Of a DNA stretch of 64,000 nt, positions 38,483 through 48,233 are shown piece by piece. The stretch spans positions 4,334 through 68,333 of the forward strand of contig JALWJZ010000004.1 in NCBI GenBank assembly GCA_026996855.1. Direction: 5' to 3'. The stretch is from Anaerolineales bacterium (lineage in GTDB: Bacteria; Chloroflexota; Anaerolineae; Anaerolineales; DRMV01). The notes below the pieces were generated by a model that was given only the letters and a program-made list of their open reading frames with translations, made no database searches and was not told the DNA's origin. Numbering within the stretch: the first letter of the stretch is position 1; each line of letters opens with the position of its first letter. The position numbers and the translations under genes were made by a program.

Positions 38483-40843
38483 TCATCCTCCGCCCAACAA
38501 CCGCCACACCCCGGCCACCGCAAGGGTCACCACCACGCCGATGCCCAGGGGCAACAGGGCGCCCACCGCGGCCCACTTCTTGCTGCCGGTTTCCTTCCAG
38601 ATGGTGAGGATGGTGGTCGAACATGGGTTGTGCATGACGGTGAACAACATGAGGTTGACCGCGGTCAACAAAGTCCACCCGGCCTTTTCCAGGAACAAAC
38701 TCCGCAACGCCTGGATGCTGTCCAGTTCCACCAGAGTGCCCGCACCGCTGTAAATCATGATCATGGAAGGCACCACGATTTCGTTGGCCGGAATGGCGAT
38801 GATGTACGCCAGCAAAATGACGCCGTCCAGGCCCATGAGCCGCCCCAGGGGGTCCAAGAACCCGGCGATGTGCTGGGCCAGGGGGGCGCCGGCCACATGG
38901 ATGTTCCCCAAAAGCCAGATGACGCCCCCCGCGGGCGCGGCCATGACCACGGCCCGCTGGAGCACCATCAGGGTGCGTTCGATGAAGGAGGTGTACAGGA
39001 TGCGCTTGACGTCGGGACGGCGATAGGGAGGCAGTTCCAGGGTAAAAGCGCTGGGTTCCCCCCGCAGCAGGGTGCGGGAAAGCAGCCAGGAACTGACGAA
39101 GGTCATGACGATGCCCACCAGCACCGCAAAAAGCACCGAGCCCGCGGCAATGAACGCAGCCATCCCTGCGGGAAAGGCGGAAGCCACGAACACCGTGCCC
39201 AACATGATGAGGGTGGGCCAGCGCCCGTTGCAGGGCACGAAGTTGTTGGTCAAAATGGCGATGAGCCGCTCCCGGGGCGATTCGATGATGCGGGTGGACA
39301 CCACCGCGGCCGCGTTGCAGCCAAAACCCATGGCCATGGTCAGGGCCTGTTTGCCGTGCGCGCCCACCCGCTTGAAGAGCCAGTCCAGGTTGAAGGCCAC
39401 CCGGGGCAGGTAGCCCAGGTCTTCCAGGATGGTGAACAGGGGGAAGAAAATGGCCATGGGCGGGAACATCACGCTGACCACCCAGGCCAGGCCCCGGTAC
39501 ACGCCCTTCCACAAGAAACCCGTAAGCCACCAGGGCAGGCCCAGGGCCTCGAACAAGGCCACACCCCATTCTTCAATGGTGAACAGCACGGTGGCAATCA
39601 ACTCCGAAGGGTAGTTGGCCCCGACGATGGTGATCCAGAAAATCGTGGTCAGGCCCACCAGCATGATGAGCAGGCCCCAGAAGGGATGGGTCACGATGCG
39701 GTCGATGCGTTCCCCCCAATCCCGGGCCGGGGCCCCGCGTTCCCGCACCACCGCGGCTGCGATGCGGGCGGCTTCTTCGTAGATGCTCTGCACCAGTTGG
39801 TCCCGGAAGGTTTCCGAAAGGGTTTCCCGCAACGCCCGAGCCCGTTCCAGGATGGCTTCCCCTGGGGAAAAAACCTGGGCATCTGCCGCCCGGGATGCAC
39901 CGTTGGGCGGTGTCGTCCTCCTTTCCCCTTCCAAGGCCGACAACACCTGGGGCCCCATGCGAGGCTCCCGGGCCTGGGTTCCATCCAGCGCGCGGCGGAT
40001 GTGCTGGCTCAACGTCCCTGTGCGGATGGCTTCCTCCAAAGAGGGGTCGCCGTCCAGCAAACGCAGGGCCAACCACTCGGCGATGGGAGCCACTTCAGGA
40101 AAGGCTTCCCGAATCATGGGAGCCAGTTGGTCCACCGCGGCCTGCAGGGCCGGCTCCAGCGCGACCTTGCGGGGCCGGGGTCGCAAACGTCCGGTGGCGA
40201 TATCTTCCACCACCTGCATCAGATACCCGATGCCTTCGCCGGTGCGGGCCACGATGGGCACTACGGGCACCCCCAATTCCCGGGCCAGTTTTCGATGGTC
40301 CACATGAATGCCCTTGCGTCGGGCCTCGTCCACCAGGTTCAGGGCCACCACGACCCGTGGGGTCACCTGCAAAATTTGCAACACCAGGTTCAGGTTGCGT
40401 TCCAGCGCGGTGGCATCCACCACCACGATGACCACGTCGGGATTGGCGAAGAGGAGAAAGTCCCGGGCCACTTCCTCTTCCACCGAAGCGGTGAGGAGGG
40501 AATAAGTACCGGGCAGGTCCACCACTTTGTACACCCGACCGTTGAATTTGAACCGGCCTTCGGCCCGGGTCACCGTTTTGCCCGGCCAGTTGCCCACGTG
40601 CTGGCGCAATCCGGTCAGGCGGTTGAACAGGGTGCTTTTCCCCACGTTGGGGTTCCCGGCCAGGGCCACCAGTACGTCCCATTCCCCCGGCTGCACCCCC
40701 AACTGTTCCACGTACAGTGGGCAGGTGGCGCAGGCAGCGGTCGGCAGTCGGCGGCCAATCTGCGGTTGTGGGCTGAGGGCCGTCGGCCGTGGACGGTCCG
40801 TCGTGGTTTGGATGGTGTGCGGTTTACGTTCCGTCGTCGCCAT
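38483..40843 (-). CDS. feoB: ferrous iron transporter FeoB
   Basis: ORF 38483..41023; ATG at 40843 follows AGGAGGG. G domain [19 protein letters not shown] and NLVD, followed by the large polytopic FeoB membrane domain. Confidence 0.92.
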   Translation of the reverse strand: MATTERKPHTIQTTTDRPRPTALSPQPQIGRRLPTAACATCPLYVEQLGVQPGEWDVLVALAGNPNVGKSTLFNRLTGLRQHVGNWPGKTVTRAEGRFKFNGRVYKVVDLPGTYSLLTASVEEEVARDFLLFANPDVVIVVVDATALERNLNLVLQILQVTPRVVVALNLVDEARRKGIHVDHRKLARELGVPVVPIVARTGEGIGYLMQVVEDIATGRLRPRPRKVALEPALQAAVDQLAPMIREAFPEVAPIAEWLALRLLDGDPSLEEAIRTGTLSQHIRRALDGTQAREPRMGPQVLSALEGERRTTPPNGASRAADAQVFSPGEAILERARALRETLSETFRDQLVQSIYEEAARIAAAVVRERGAPARDWGERIDRIVTHPFWGLLIMLVGLTTIFWITIVGANYPSELIATVLFTIEEWGVALFEALGLPWWLTGFLWKGVYRGLAWVVSVMFPPMAIFFPLFTILEDLGYLPRVAFNLDWLFKRVGAHGKQALTMAMGFGCNAAAVVSTRIIESPRERLIAILTNNFVPCNGRWPTLIMLGTVFVASAFPAGMAAFIAAGSVLFAVLVGIVMTFVSSWLLSRTLLRGEPSAFTLELPPYRRPDVKRILYTSFIERTLMVLQRAVVMAAPAGGVIWLLGNIHVAGAPLAQHIAGFLDPLGRLMGLDGVILLAYIIAIPANEIVVPSMIMIYSGAGTLVELDSIQALRSLFLEKAGWTLLTAVNLMLFTVMHNPCSTTILTIWKETGSKKWAAVGALLPLGIGVVVTLAVAGVWRLLGGG

Positions 40844-40853
40844 GGTTTCCCTC

Positions 40854-41930
40854 CTATGTTCCACTATCCGCTGTCTGCTGACGGTCGACTGCGGACTGCT
40901 GACCGCTGGCGGCCGTCGGCCGTTGGCTGTCCGCAGGTTCCACCCAGATGGCCGCTGCCTGCTCGCGACGCAACGCAATGGTGGTGCCCCGAATGCGGTA
41001 GGCCCGCGGGTCACCCCGGCCAAAGGCGCTTTCCATCACCGGCACCACCTCGGCCCCCGGTGTGAAGCCCAAATCCAGCAGGCGGCGACGCAACAGGCCC
41101 CGCAAGCGGGGGGAAAGGGCCACTACCCGTACCTTTTGCCCAAGGGGCACTTCGGCCAGGGTCCACCGCGGTTCGGGCGCGGGTTCGGCCCGGGACGGCG
41201 CCTCCACCACGTGGATGTTCCCGGCCACGATGGGGGCCAGCCACAACTCCCGCGCTTCGTCCAGTAAACGCAGATGCACACCCTGGGGCGTGGTTTCCAG
41301 CACTTCCACCGTGCTCCCGGGGAGCAAACCCTCGGCCAGGATTTGCTCGAAGACGCTCAACGGTTCGTCTTCCACATGCACGATGCGGGCAGGCTTGCCC
41401 GGAGGCCATTCGTTTAGGGGCGTCCCGGGCGCCTGGGGCGTTTCTTCCCCGTGGGGAATGGGGTCGCCGTGGGGGTCGTGTTGAGGGTGGCCCAGGGTGG
41501 CGGACAGCCGGCGCACGTCCTGAGGCGAAAGGCGATGCTCCATGCGGTCGGCTAGTGCGTGAATCCGCTCCAGGGAGAGGTCGGTGTAGTCCCGCAAGTA
41601 GCGCTCCCAGAGGCGATGCGCCCGCAAGATGTGCAGGGCCAGGGCACGACCTTCAGGGGTGAGTTCCAGGCGGTTTCCCCGCACCACCGCCAGGCCCTGC
41701 GCGGCCAGGTGACGAACCACCCGCATGGCCTGGGTCAAGGACAGCCCCAAACGGGCGGCCAGGGTTTCCGGGGTGCAGGCCGTTCCCCGTTCGCAGCAAT
41801 CCATGAGCACTTTGAGGGCGTCCTCCATCAAGACGCGACGCCGCAATCGGTAGGCATCCCACGCCCACCGGCCGATCCACCAGAGCAAAACGCCCAAGAA
41901 CAAACCCGCGAGCAGGGTCCATCCATTCAT
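40854..41930 (-). CDS. DtxR-family metal-dependent regulator with an N-terminal TM helix and two C-terminal FeoA/SH3-like domains
   Basis: TM helix WTLLAGLFLGVLLWWIGRWAW. DtxR core LTPEGRALALHILRAHRLWERYL..ADRMEHRL..GHPQHDPHGDPIP. Two FeoA-like modules (ARIVHVED...GSTVEVLE and VRVVALSP..LLDLGFTPGAEV). It ends 10 nt before feoB. Confidence 0.8.
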   Translation of the reverse strand: MNGWTLLAGLFLGVLLWWIGRWAWDAYRLRRRVLMEDALKVLMDCCERGTACTPETLAARLGLSLTQAMRVVRHLAAQGLAVVRGNRLELTPEGRALALHILRAHRLWERYLRDYTDLSLERIHALADRMEHRLSPQDVRRLSATLGHPQHDPHGDPIPHGEETPQAPGTPLNEWPPGKPARIVHVEDEPLSVFEQILAEGLLPGSTVEVLETTPQGVHLRLLDEARELWLAPIVAGNIHVVEAPSRAEPAPEPRWTLAEVPLGQKVRVVALSPRLRGLLRRRLLDLGFTPGAEVVPVMESAFGRGDPRAYRIRGTTIALRREQAAAIWVEPADSQRPTAASGQQSAVDRQQTADSGT

Positions 41931-42088
41931 CGTAAGCCCTTCCTAAGTGCACGCGCTTTTTGGAAAAGGTGTTCCCTTCTTTGCCGAGGGTTTTCGGCGG
42001 TCCCTCGGCCAGGCGGTTTTCGCGTATAGCACCCAATTTAGGTTACCCTAAATTTTCCCCCAAGGCAAGCGCAAATTTCGTTTTGGGT

Positions 42089-42330
42089 GCGTTTTTTCAA
42101 AATCCATCAAAAGCCATCGCATTTTCTCACGGAGACACAGAGAACACAGAGAAAATTCTGGCCTTCTCCAGCAAGTACTCCGTGCTCTCCGTGGCTCTGT
42201 GTGCGCATTTATTAGAACATGCAAAACGCCTGGCAACTTCTTTTCTCACACGGAGAAAAAATTTTGGTCTTCTCCGGTGGATGCTCCGCGCGCTCCGTGG
42301 CTCTGGGGGAGGATGTAGCAAAACGCCCGG
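42089..42330 (+). repeat. CACRGAG-heptamer repeat element: one full copy plus a degenerate tandem copy (MITE/REP-like)
   Basis: 42089-42233 reads gcgttttttcaaaatccatcaaaagccatcgcattttctCACGGAGaCACAGAGaaCACAGAGaaaattctggccttctccagcaagtaCTCCGTGctCTCCGTGgCTCTGTGtgcgcatttattagaacatgcaaaacgcctgg. 42240-42330 repeats the core in degenerate form. Confidence 0.85.
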
Positions 42331-42349
42331 GACGGGCCTTCTGGGGTTG

Positions 42350-44881
42350 CTATTCCTTTTCCCCGCCCCTGGGGGAGGCGCCCTGGTTGAAGAAGGCCGC
42401 GTAGCGTCGGCGCAATTCCTGCACGAAGGCGTCGCCCTTTTCCGGCAGCGCGGCCAGGTTGGTGTACACCTGCACGTACACCGTTTCCCCGTCCATCACC
42501 CGCAGGGGCATGTCCACCAGGAGGTCCCTGGGCAGGATGCCGTGGTCCTGCAGGGTCCAGATGGTGGTCACCCGGTCGCTCAGGTTGGGCCACTGGTCCT
42601 TGGACCAGCGATAGCGCTCCCGGCAGAACTGCCAGATGTCTTCGGGCAGGAAGCGATGCCGGTGCTGGCGGAATTCCCCCCAGATTTGGGCGAACTCGGT
42701 GCGGGGGAAGAGGAGCCGCAGCATGGCCTGTTGCACGATTTCGGCCGGCCGACCGGTTTCCACGTCCACCCAGTTCACGTAGTAATTGTTGATGAAGGTG
42801 AAGATGCCGAAGTGGGAATAGTACTCCACCGTGGTCGGCAGTTCTTCCAGACCCCGTTGATAGGCCCGGTTGTAGGCTTCCTCCATGAGCAGGTTGGGCT
42901 CTTCCAGGTGCTCTTCCTCCTCCACGCCCCAACCGCCTTTCTTCTTGAAGCCCGGGGGCAACACGGCAAAGTGGAGCAAATCGGGTTCGATGCGGTACTC
43001 CCGAGAGATCAGCCGACGGATGCGGTCGTACTCCACGTTGAACTTGCGCATGGCGCCGGTGGCGATGAGGTGCTCCAGCGCGTCGGCCAGGCCCCGCTGG
43101 CGGGCCTGGTCCAGGCCCCGCTCCAGGCCGCAGGTGTAGGTTTCCAGGCCTCGGGAAGCCAGCACCTTTTCCAGCAAGGCCCGGGTATCCTGCCGACGGA
43201 GGCCGCCGTTGGCCACGGCCCATTGAATCAGGGTAAGCAGGCCGCCAAAGAACACGATGGCCAGCAGCGCGTGGTACTTCATGATGACCAGCACGATGAG
43301 CATGGTGTAACTGGCCAGCATACCCCGCAGGCCGGCGAAGCGCAACGCCCGGGCCTGGGGTGAACCGGGTTCGATGCCCTTTTCCCGGAGCACCTCGTCC
43401 CGGGCCAGGAACACCGCGGTGCTGGTGATGACGAAGGCGCTGACGAAGCCGAAGGCGTAGTAGGCTTCCACCACGGTGACGTAGCGGATGATGGGAATGA
43501 AAATGGCGGAAATCAGCCAGATGGTCACGACGCCCAGGCGGTCGTCCAGGAAGGCCGCGGGCAGACGGCCCAATCGGGCGGCGTTGGCCGCCACCGCGGC
43601 GCCGCCCACGTACCCGCCGCCCTGGGCCAGCAGGAGGATGACGGCCAGGAGCAACCCGGCCACGGCCAGGAAGGCCACGCCCGGCGTCCCCATCAGCGCC
43701 TGGCCGATGAGGCGGGCCATGGCCACCGCGTAGGCGGTTTCCCGAATGTAGGTGTCCCGGTCCGGGGGTTCCTCCAGGCCACCAGGGCGCAAGCGGGCCA
43801 CGTGTTCCTCGTACAGTTCCTCCGCGGCCTGGATGTCCGCGGGGGTGACCTGAATCTGCTCGGCCTCCAGGCCCCGGCCCAGCCATTGCACAGCCATGAT
43901 TTCGTATTCGATGAGCAGGGTGCTGTAGCCCTCGGTGGCGGGGATGTTCCACTGGCGGGCGGTGTACAGTTGCATCACCCCGGTGCCGATGAGGAAAAGC
44001 GCGGCCAGGGTGAGCGCGGTGCGCACCACCATCCATTTGGGCCGGGCCGCGTGTTTGCCGCTGGCCGGGATGACCTCGTACCCCGAGAAGCCCAGCATGG
44101 CGCTGGACATGGAGCGGAAGAACAGGTAAAGCACCATGCCCGTGGCCAGCGTGCTCAGGTCCTGCCGAGCCCGTACCACGTGCTCGACGACGCCGGCCGC
44201 CTGCAGCCGGTGCACGATGCCCTCGGTGAGAAAGGCCCATTCGGGGTGCAGGCCCGCGGCCAGGGTGGTGACGCTCAGGGCCACCAGGGTGAAGATGGTG
44301 AACGCGCCGCCGCCCAGGAGGAACACGGGAACGGCCCGTTTCGGCCCCATGATTGCCAGCACGGCCATGATGAAGAAGGCGAAACTTTCGGCCAGGAACA
44401 GCCGATAGGGCGCGAGTTCGGGCAGCACCAGCATGAGCACGTCGGCCGCGGAAATGGCGCTGATGATGATGGTCAGAATGGCGTCCAGGAAGAACAGGCT
44501 GGTGCCCACCCAGGAAAGCCAGCGCAGTTTGGGCGGGCCGATGGATTCCACCAGCGGGCCGCTGCCGCCCGCGTTGGGACGGAGGAAACTCCCGGCCTGG
44601 TACGCGGGCACGATGCCGAAGTACAGCATGAGGGAAAGCACCGCGAAGGCGGCGATGGCAATGCCGTGGTACCCCTGCGCGCCGTAAATGGCCAGCAGGG
44701 TCTGATAGGCCGCCACGCTGAACGCGTCCGCGGCGATTTCGAAAATCAGGGCCAGCACGCCCAGGCCGGTGCCGCCCAGGGCCAGCCCCTCGAACAGCAG
44801 CCGGGGGAGTTTTTTGCGGGCGGCCTTCCATTCGTCCTTGGGTACGTAGTTGCGGAACAGCCATCGGAACATGGTGGACAT
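42350..44881 (-). CDS. APC-superfamily-like permease (about 12 TM) fused to a roughly 290-aa soluble C-terminal domain of unknown function
   Basis: ATG at 44881 follows AGGAGGG. The N-terminal roughly 550 aa are polytopic, with a central soluble insert (EAEQIQVTPADIQAAEELYEEHVARL). The C-terminal part is Trp/Tyr/Arg-rich (FGIFTFINNYYVNWVDVETGRP, WQFCRERYRWSKDQWPN). The superfamily call is tentative. Confidence 0.6.
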   Translation of the reverse strand: MSTMFRWLFRNYVPKDEWKAARKKLPRLLFEGLALGGTGLGVLALIFEIAADAFSVAAYQTLLAIYGAQGYHGIAIAAFAVLSLMLYFGIVPAYQAGSFLRPNAGGSGPLVESIGPPKLRWLSWVGTSLFFLDAILTIIISAISAADVLMLVLPELAPYRLFLAESFAFFIMAVLAIMGPKRAVPVFLLGGGAFTIFTLVALSVTTLAAGLHPEWAFLTEGIVHRLQAAGVVEHVVRARQDLSTLATGMVLYLFFRSMSSAMLGFSGYEVIPASGKHAARPKWMVVRTALTLAALFLIGTGVMQLYTARQWNIPATEGYSTLLIEYEIMAVQWLGRGLEAEQIQVTPADIQAAEELYEEHVARLRPGGLEEPPDRDTYIRETAYAVAMARLIGQALMGTPGVAFLAVAGLLLAVILLLAQGGGYVGGAAVAANAARLGRLPAAFLDDRLGVVTIWLISAIFIPIIRYVTVVEAYYAFGFVSAFVITSTAVFLARDEVLREKGIEPGSPQARALRFAGLRGMLASYTMLIVLVIMKYHALLAIVFFGGLLTLIQWAVANGGLRRQDTRALLEKVLASRGLETYTCGLERGLDQARQRGLADALEHLIATGAMRKFNVEYDRIRRLISREYRIEPDLLHFAVLPPGFKKKGGWGVEEEEHLEEPNLLMEEAYNRAYQRGLEELPTTVEYYSHFGIFTFINNYYVNWVDVETGRPAEIVQQAMLRLLFPRTEFAQIWGEFRQHRHRFLPEDIWQFCRERYRWSKDQWPNLSDRVTTIWTLQDHGILPRDLLVDMPLRVMDGETVYVQVYTNLAALPEKGDAFVQELRRRYAAFFNQGASPRGGEKE

Positions 44882-45092
44882 CCCTCCTGTGGCGAAGAAA
44901 ACTCAAGCCGTGCGGCCGAGGACCTTTTCGTGGATTTCTCGGGCTGCGACGGAGGCCGAACCGCCGCGTCACAAACACCCCGTCGCGAACCTCGAACCCC
45001 GGGCCGGACGGTGCCGAAGGTGTGCCCTGGAGCCGCGGTTTTGCACGGGAGATGCCAAAACGCCGCGCCGAAAACTCCCGCGAAAAGGCGTT

Positions 45093-46256
45093 TCACGCGG
45101 CCTGGGGTTCGTCCACGTACCGGTAGAGGGTATCCCGCTGGCGGGGGATGCGGCCCAAATCGCGAATCAAACGCCGGAAAGTTTCCACCGAAGTATACAC
45201 CCCCTGGGTCTTCCCGGCCGAGCGGGAGATGGTTTCCTCGAACAGGGTGCCGCCGAAATCGTTGGCCCCCGCGTTCAGGCACATTTGCGCCATTTTGTAG
45301 CCCAGTTTCACCCAGGAAACCTGCAGGTTGGGGATGTCCCGATTCAGCACGAGGCGGGCCACCGCGTGCATTTTCAAGTCCTCCATGCCCGTGGGGCCGG
45401 GCCGGGCGCCGTCTTCCAGGTAGAGTTTGGTGTTTTCGTGGATGAAACCCAGGGGGACGAACTCGGTGAAGCCGCCCGTCTCCCGCTGGATGCGGCGGAT
45501 GAGGTCCAGGTGCTCGGCCCAGTGGCGGGGTTCGTCGATGTGGCCGTACATGATGGTGGCGGTGCTGGGCAGGCCCACCTGGTGCGCGGTCTTGACGATG
45601 CGCACCCAGTCCTCCCGGGAAAGTTTGTTCCTGGTCAGGCGCTGGCGCACCTCGGGCACCAGGATTTCCGCCGCGGTGCCGGGGATGCTGCCCAGACCGG
45701 CGGCTTTCAGGCGTTCCAGGAACGCCCGCTCCGAAATGCCCAGGCGTCGGCTGCCCCACCAGATTTCAAAGGGCGAGAAGGCGTGGATGTGGATGTCCGG
45801 TACTTCGGCCTTGATGGCCCGCACCAGGTCCTCGTAAATGGTGGGGGGCTGATGGGGGTTCAGGCCGCCCTGCATGCACACCTCGGTAGCGCCCCAGGAC
45901 CGGGCCTCCTTGGCCCGTTGTACCACCTCTTCGATGGTCAGGGTGTACGCGTCGGGGTCCCGGGCGGGCTTGCCGAAGGCGCAGAACCGGCAGCCGATGT
46001 AGCACACGTTGGTGAAGTTGATGTTGCGGGTGACCACGTAAGTGACCACGTCGCCCACGGTGCGGCGGCGCAGTTCGTCGGCCACCATGACCAGGGCCAG
46101 CAGGTCCGTGCCGTGGGTGTGGAAGAGCCGCTCGGCCTCGTCCACGGTCAGGTCCCGGTCCTCCAGGGCGCGTTCCAAAATCCGGGCCACCTCGGGGGAG
46201 ACATGGCCCAGGAGCCTTTCCAGGGGGGAAGGAGGGGAAGCCACCAGATGAGTCAT
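45093..46256 (-). CDS. cofH: radical SAM enzyme of the CofH/MqnC/MqnE family; motifs best fit FO synthase subunit CofH
   Basis: ORF 45093..46970; ATG at 46256. VVTRNINFTNVCYIGCRFCAF (CxxxCxxC), GATEVCMQGGLNP and HIHAFSPFE. The upstream 237 aa of the tracked ORF are Pro/Gly/Arg junk overlapping recO. Confidence 0.65.
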   Translation of the reverse strand: MTHLVASPPSPLERLLGHVSPEVARILERALEDRDLTVDEAERLFHTHGTDLLALVMVADELRRRTVGDVVTYVVTRNINFTNVCYIGCRFCAFGKPARDPDAYTLTIEEVVQRAKEARSWGATEVCMQGGLNPHQPPTIYEDLVRAIKAEVPDIHIHAFSPFEIWWGSRRLGISERAFLERLKAAGLGSIPGTAAEILVPEVRQRLTRNKLSREDWVRIVKTAHQVGLPSTATIMYGHIDEPRHWAEHLDLIRRIQRETGGFTEFVPLGFIHENTKLYLEDGARPGPTGMEDLKMHAVARLVLNRDIPNLQVSWVKLGYKMAQMCLNAGANDFGGTLFEETISRSAGKTQGVYTSVETFRRLIRDLGRIPRQRDTLYRYVDEPQAA

Positions 46257-46294
46257 GGAACACCTACTCCTTTTGGTTGGGGATGGGCGGAGAA

Positions 46295-47035
46295 TTATAC
46301 TTCCCGCTGCACCTTCCAGGCCCGGGGCGGGGTTTCCAGCCAGGTTTGCACGTAGGCCCGGCCCAGGGCTTCCAGTTGGGGAAACAAATCCTCCTCGGGG
46401 GGATGCCGCAGCACCGCGTCCAGGGTGGCCCGGTCCCAGTGGCGCAACGCGGCCCAGGCCCGGTCGGGAAGGGGCAGGGACCTGGGGGTGCGGCAGGCGG
46501 GGCAGAGCACACCGCCCGCGGTCGGGTCGAAGAACTTGGGGCGGCCCAGGCGCATGGGCTGGGCGCAGCGCACGCACGCGTCCCATTGGGGGCGGTACCC
46601 GGCCAGGGCCAGGATTTTCCATTCGAAATAGCGGGGTACCCAGTGGCCCTGGGGGTGTCGGGCCACGGCCTCCAGAGCCTGGCTTAGCAAGGGGTACAAG
46701 CCGGGCAGACGCTCGCCCTCGGGCACCAGCCGCAGCACCAGTTCGGCCAGATACCCGGCCGCGGCGTAGCGGTCCAGGTGCTGCCGCAATTCGGGAAACC
46801 ACCGCTGGCTTTGGGCCTGGGTGAGAATCCACCAGGCCCGCCCCTGGGCCAGGGTCATGCGCACCTGCTGGAAGAGTTGCAGGTGGCCGCCTTTGCGGGA
46901 GCGGGCCTTGCGCGCGCCCCGGGCCAGCACCCGCACCCGGCCCAGGGTTTGGGCGTACACGTCCAGCCACAGGTCGGCCTCGCCGTACTCCTGCCGGCGC
47001 AAAATCCAGCCTTCGTCGGTGCGGGTGCGGTGCAT
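46295..47035 (-). CDS. recO: DNA repair protein RecO
   Basis: C-terminal 246 aa of ORF 46295..48442; ATG at 47035. OB-fold N-domain (EGWILRRQEYGEADLWLDVY) and zinc motif CVRC...CPAC. Confidence 0.85.
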   Translation of the reverse strand: MHRTRTDEGWILRRQEYGEADLWLDVYAQTLGRVRVLARGARKARSRKGGHLQLFQQVRMTLAQGRAWWILTQAQSQRWFPELRQHLDRYAAAGYLAELVLRLVPEGERLPGLYPLLSQALEAVARHPQGHWVPRYFEWKILALAGYRPQWDACVRCAQPMRLGRPKFFDPTAGGVLCPACRTPRSLPLPDRAWAALRHWDRATLDAVLRHPPEEDLFPQLEALGRAYVQTWLETPPRAWKVQREV

Positions 47036-47037
47036 GG

Positions 47038-48156
47038 TCAGGCCCCTCCTTTCCCGGGGGAAAGGGATGGCGTGCGTCTGCGCCAGGACGCCAGCCGCCG
47101 CCACAGGGCCAGGGCCCGGGGCCGCGTGACCTGGTACAGTCGGTAGCCCCAGGGGTGGGGTGTCCAGTCCCACGGTCCCAGAGTGCGCACCACCACGCCG
47201 CCGAAGCCTTTTTTGAACCGGTACACGCCCCACAGGGGGTCCTGGGGGGAGAATTGGGTGGGCGCGCCCCACATGTCGTAGCGGGTGCATCCGTGGGCCT
47301 TGGCCCATTGCATGGCGGCCCATTGGAGCGCGTGGTTGGGCATCTTGTTGCGGTGCCGGGAAAGGGACATGCCGTGCAGATACCACCCGGTGGGGCCGAA
47401 GTGCACCAGCACCAGCCCGGCCACGGGTTCGTCTTCCACCCGGGCCAGGAACGGGGTGAGCATCCCGGCCCGGTGCAGGGTATGCCACAAATGCAGGTAG
47501 TAGGCCCTGGGCCGGATGGGGAAGCCGTCCCGCCGGGCGGTGGCCGCGTACATGTCGTACAAGAGGGGGAACTGATCGGGCGGGAGCCGGTCCACGGTCA
47601 CGCCTTTGCGGCCGGCCAGGCGGATGTTGTAGCGGGTTTTCTGCTTCATGCGGGCCAGGATGCGGTCCTCGGGTGGGGTGAGGTCCACCCAGATGGTGTT
47701 GGGGAACTGGACCCATTCGGTAGAAGGGCGCCACCGATTTGCGTGTAGCCATTTCAACAAATCCTGGCCCGGCGGATGCAGACACTCCTCCTCCGAACCG
47801 GGTTCGCCGAAGGCCACGGGCACGGGCGCGTCCATTTTCAAGTAGAGCAGGCCCTGGTCCCGGGCCCAGGCGGCCAGGTCGTGGAGCACCTCTGACCACT
47901 CGTCGGGCCGGTCTTCGGGCACCACCGGCCCGTGGGGGGTGTAGCCCACCCGCAAGCCGGGGCCCACCCGGCGGGTCAGCACCAGGGCCGCGGCCCGGGG
48001 CCCGCCGCGGCGGTACCACACCAGGAAGTGAGGCCGCCACCCCACCTGTTCCTGCTTGATGCGCGCCCAGGTGGCCGTTTGCAGGAACGGGGGGTGGGGG
48101 ACCAGATGAAGCAACAATTCGTCCCAGGCTTTTTCGCTCTGGGTAAACACGCGCAT
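47038..48156 (-). CDS. FemAB-family peptidoglycan interpeptide-bridge aminoacyltransferase
   Basis: ORF 47038..48261; probable ATG at 48156 (MRVFTQSEKAWDELL). Strings FLQTATWARIK, TRYNIRLAGRKGV and MPNHALQWAAMQWAKAHGCTRYDMWG match the FemX/FemAB pattern. Confidence 0.8.
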   Translation of the reverse strand: MRVFTQSEKAWDELLLHLVPHPPFLQTATWARIKQEQVGWRPHFLVWYRRGGPRAAALVLTRRVGPGLRVGYTPHGPVVPEDRPDEWSEVLHDLAAWARDQGLLYLKMDAPVPVAFGEPGSEEECLHPPGQDLLKWLHANRWRPSTEWVQFPNTIWVDLTPPEDRILARMKQKTRYNIRLAGRKGVTVDRLPPDQFPLLYDMYAATARRDGFPIRPRAYYLHLWHTLHRAGMLTPFLARVEDEPVAGLVLVHFGPTGWYLHGMSLSRHRNKMPNHALQWAAMQWAKAHGCTRYDMWGAPTQFSPQDPLWGVYRFKKGFGGVVVRTLGPWDWTPHPWGYRLYQVTRPRALALWRRLASWRRRTPSLSPGKGGA

Positions 48157-48233
48157 GGGCGGCCTCAGAAGGTGGGTTCCATGGGTGCGTCTCCAGGCAT
48201 GGTACCATGCCGTTGGGGGAAGACCTTGGCGCA

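Noticed and set aside
44882-45092. A riboswitch in the 210-nt spacer upstream of the permease-like gene (minus strand).
   Set aside because: Some hairpins are present, but I could not match any riboswitch consensus I know (glycine, ZTP, TPP, SAM). It also contains the likely cofH terminator region. The evidence is insufficient.
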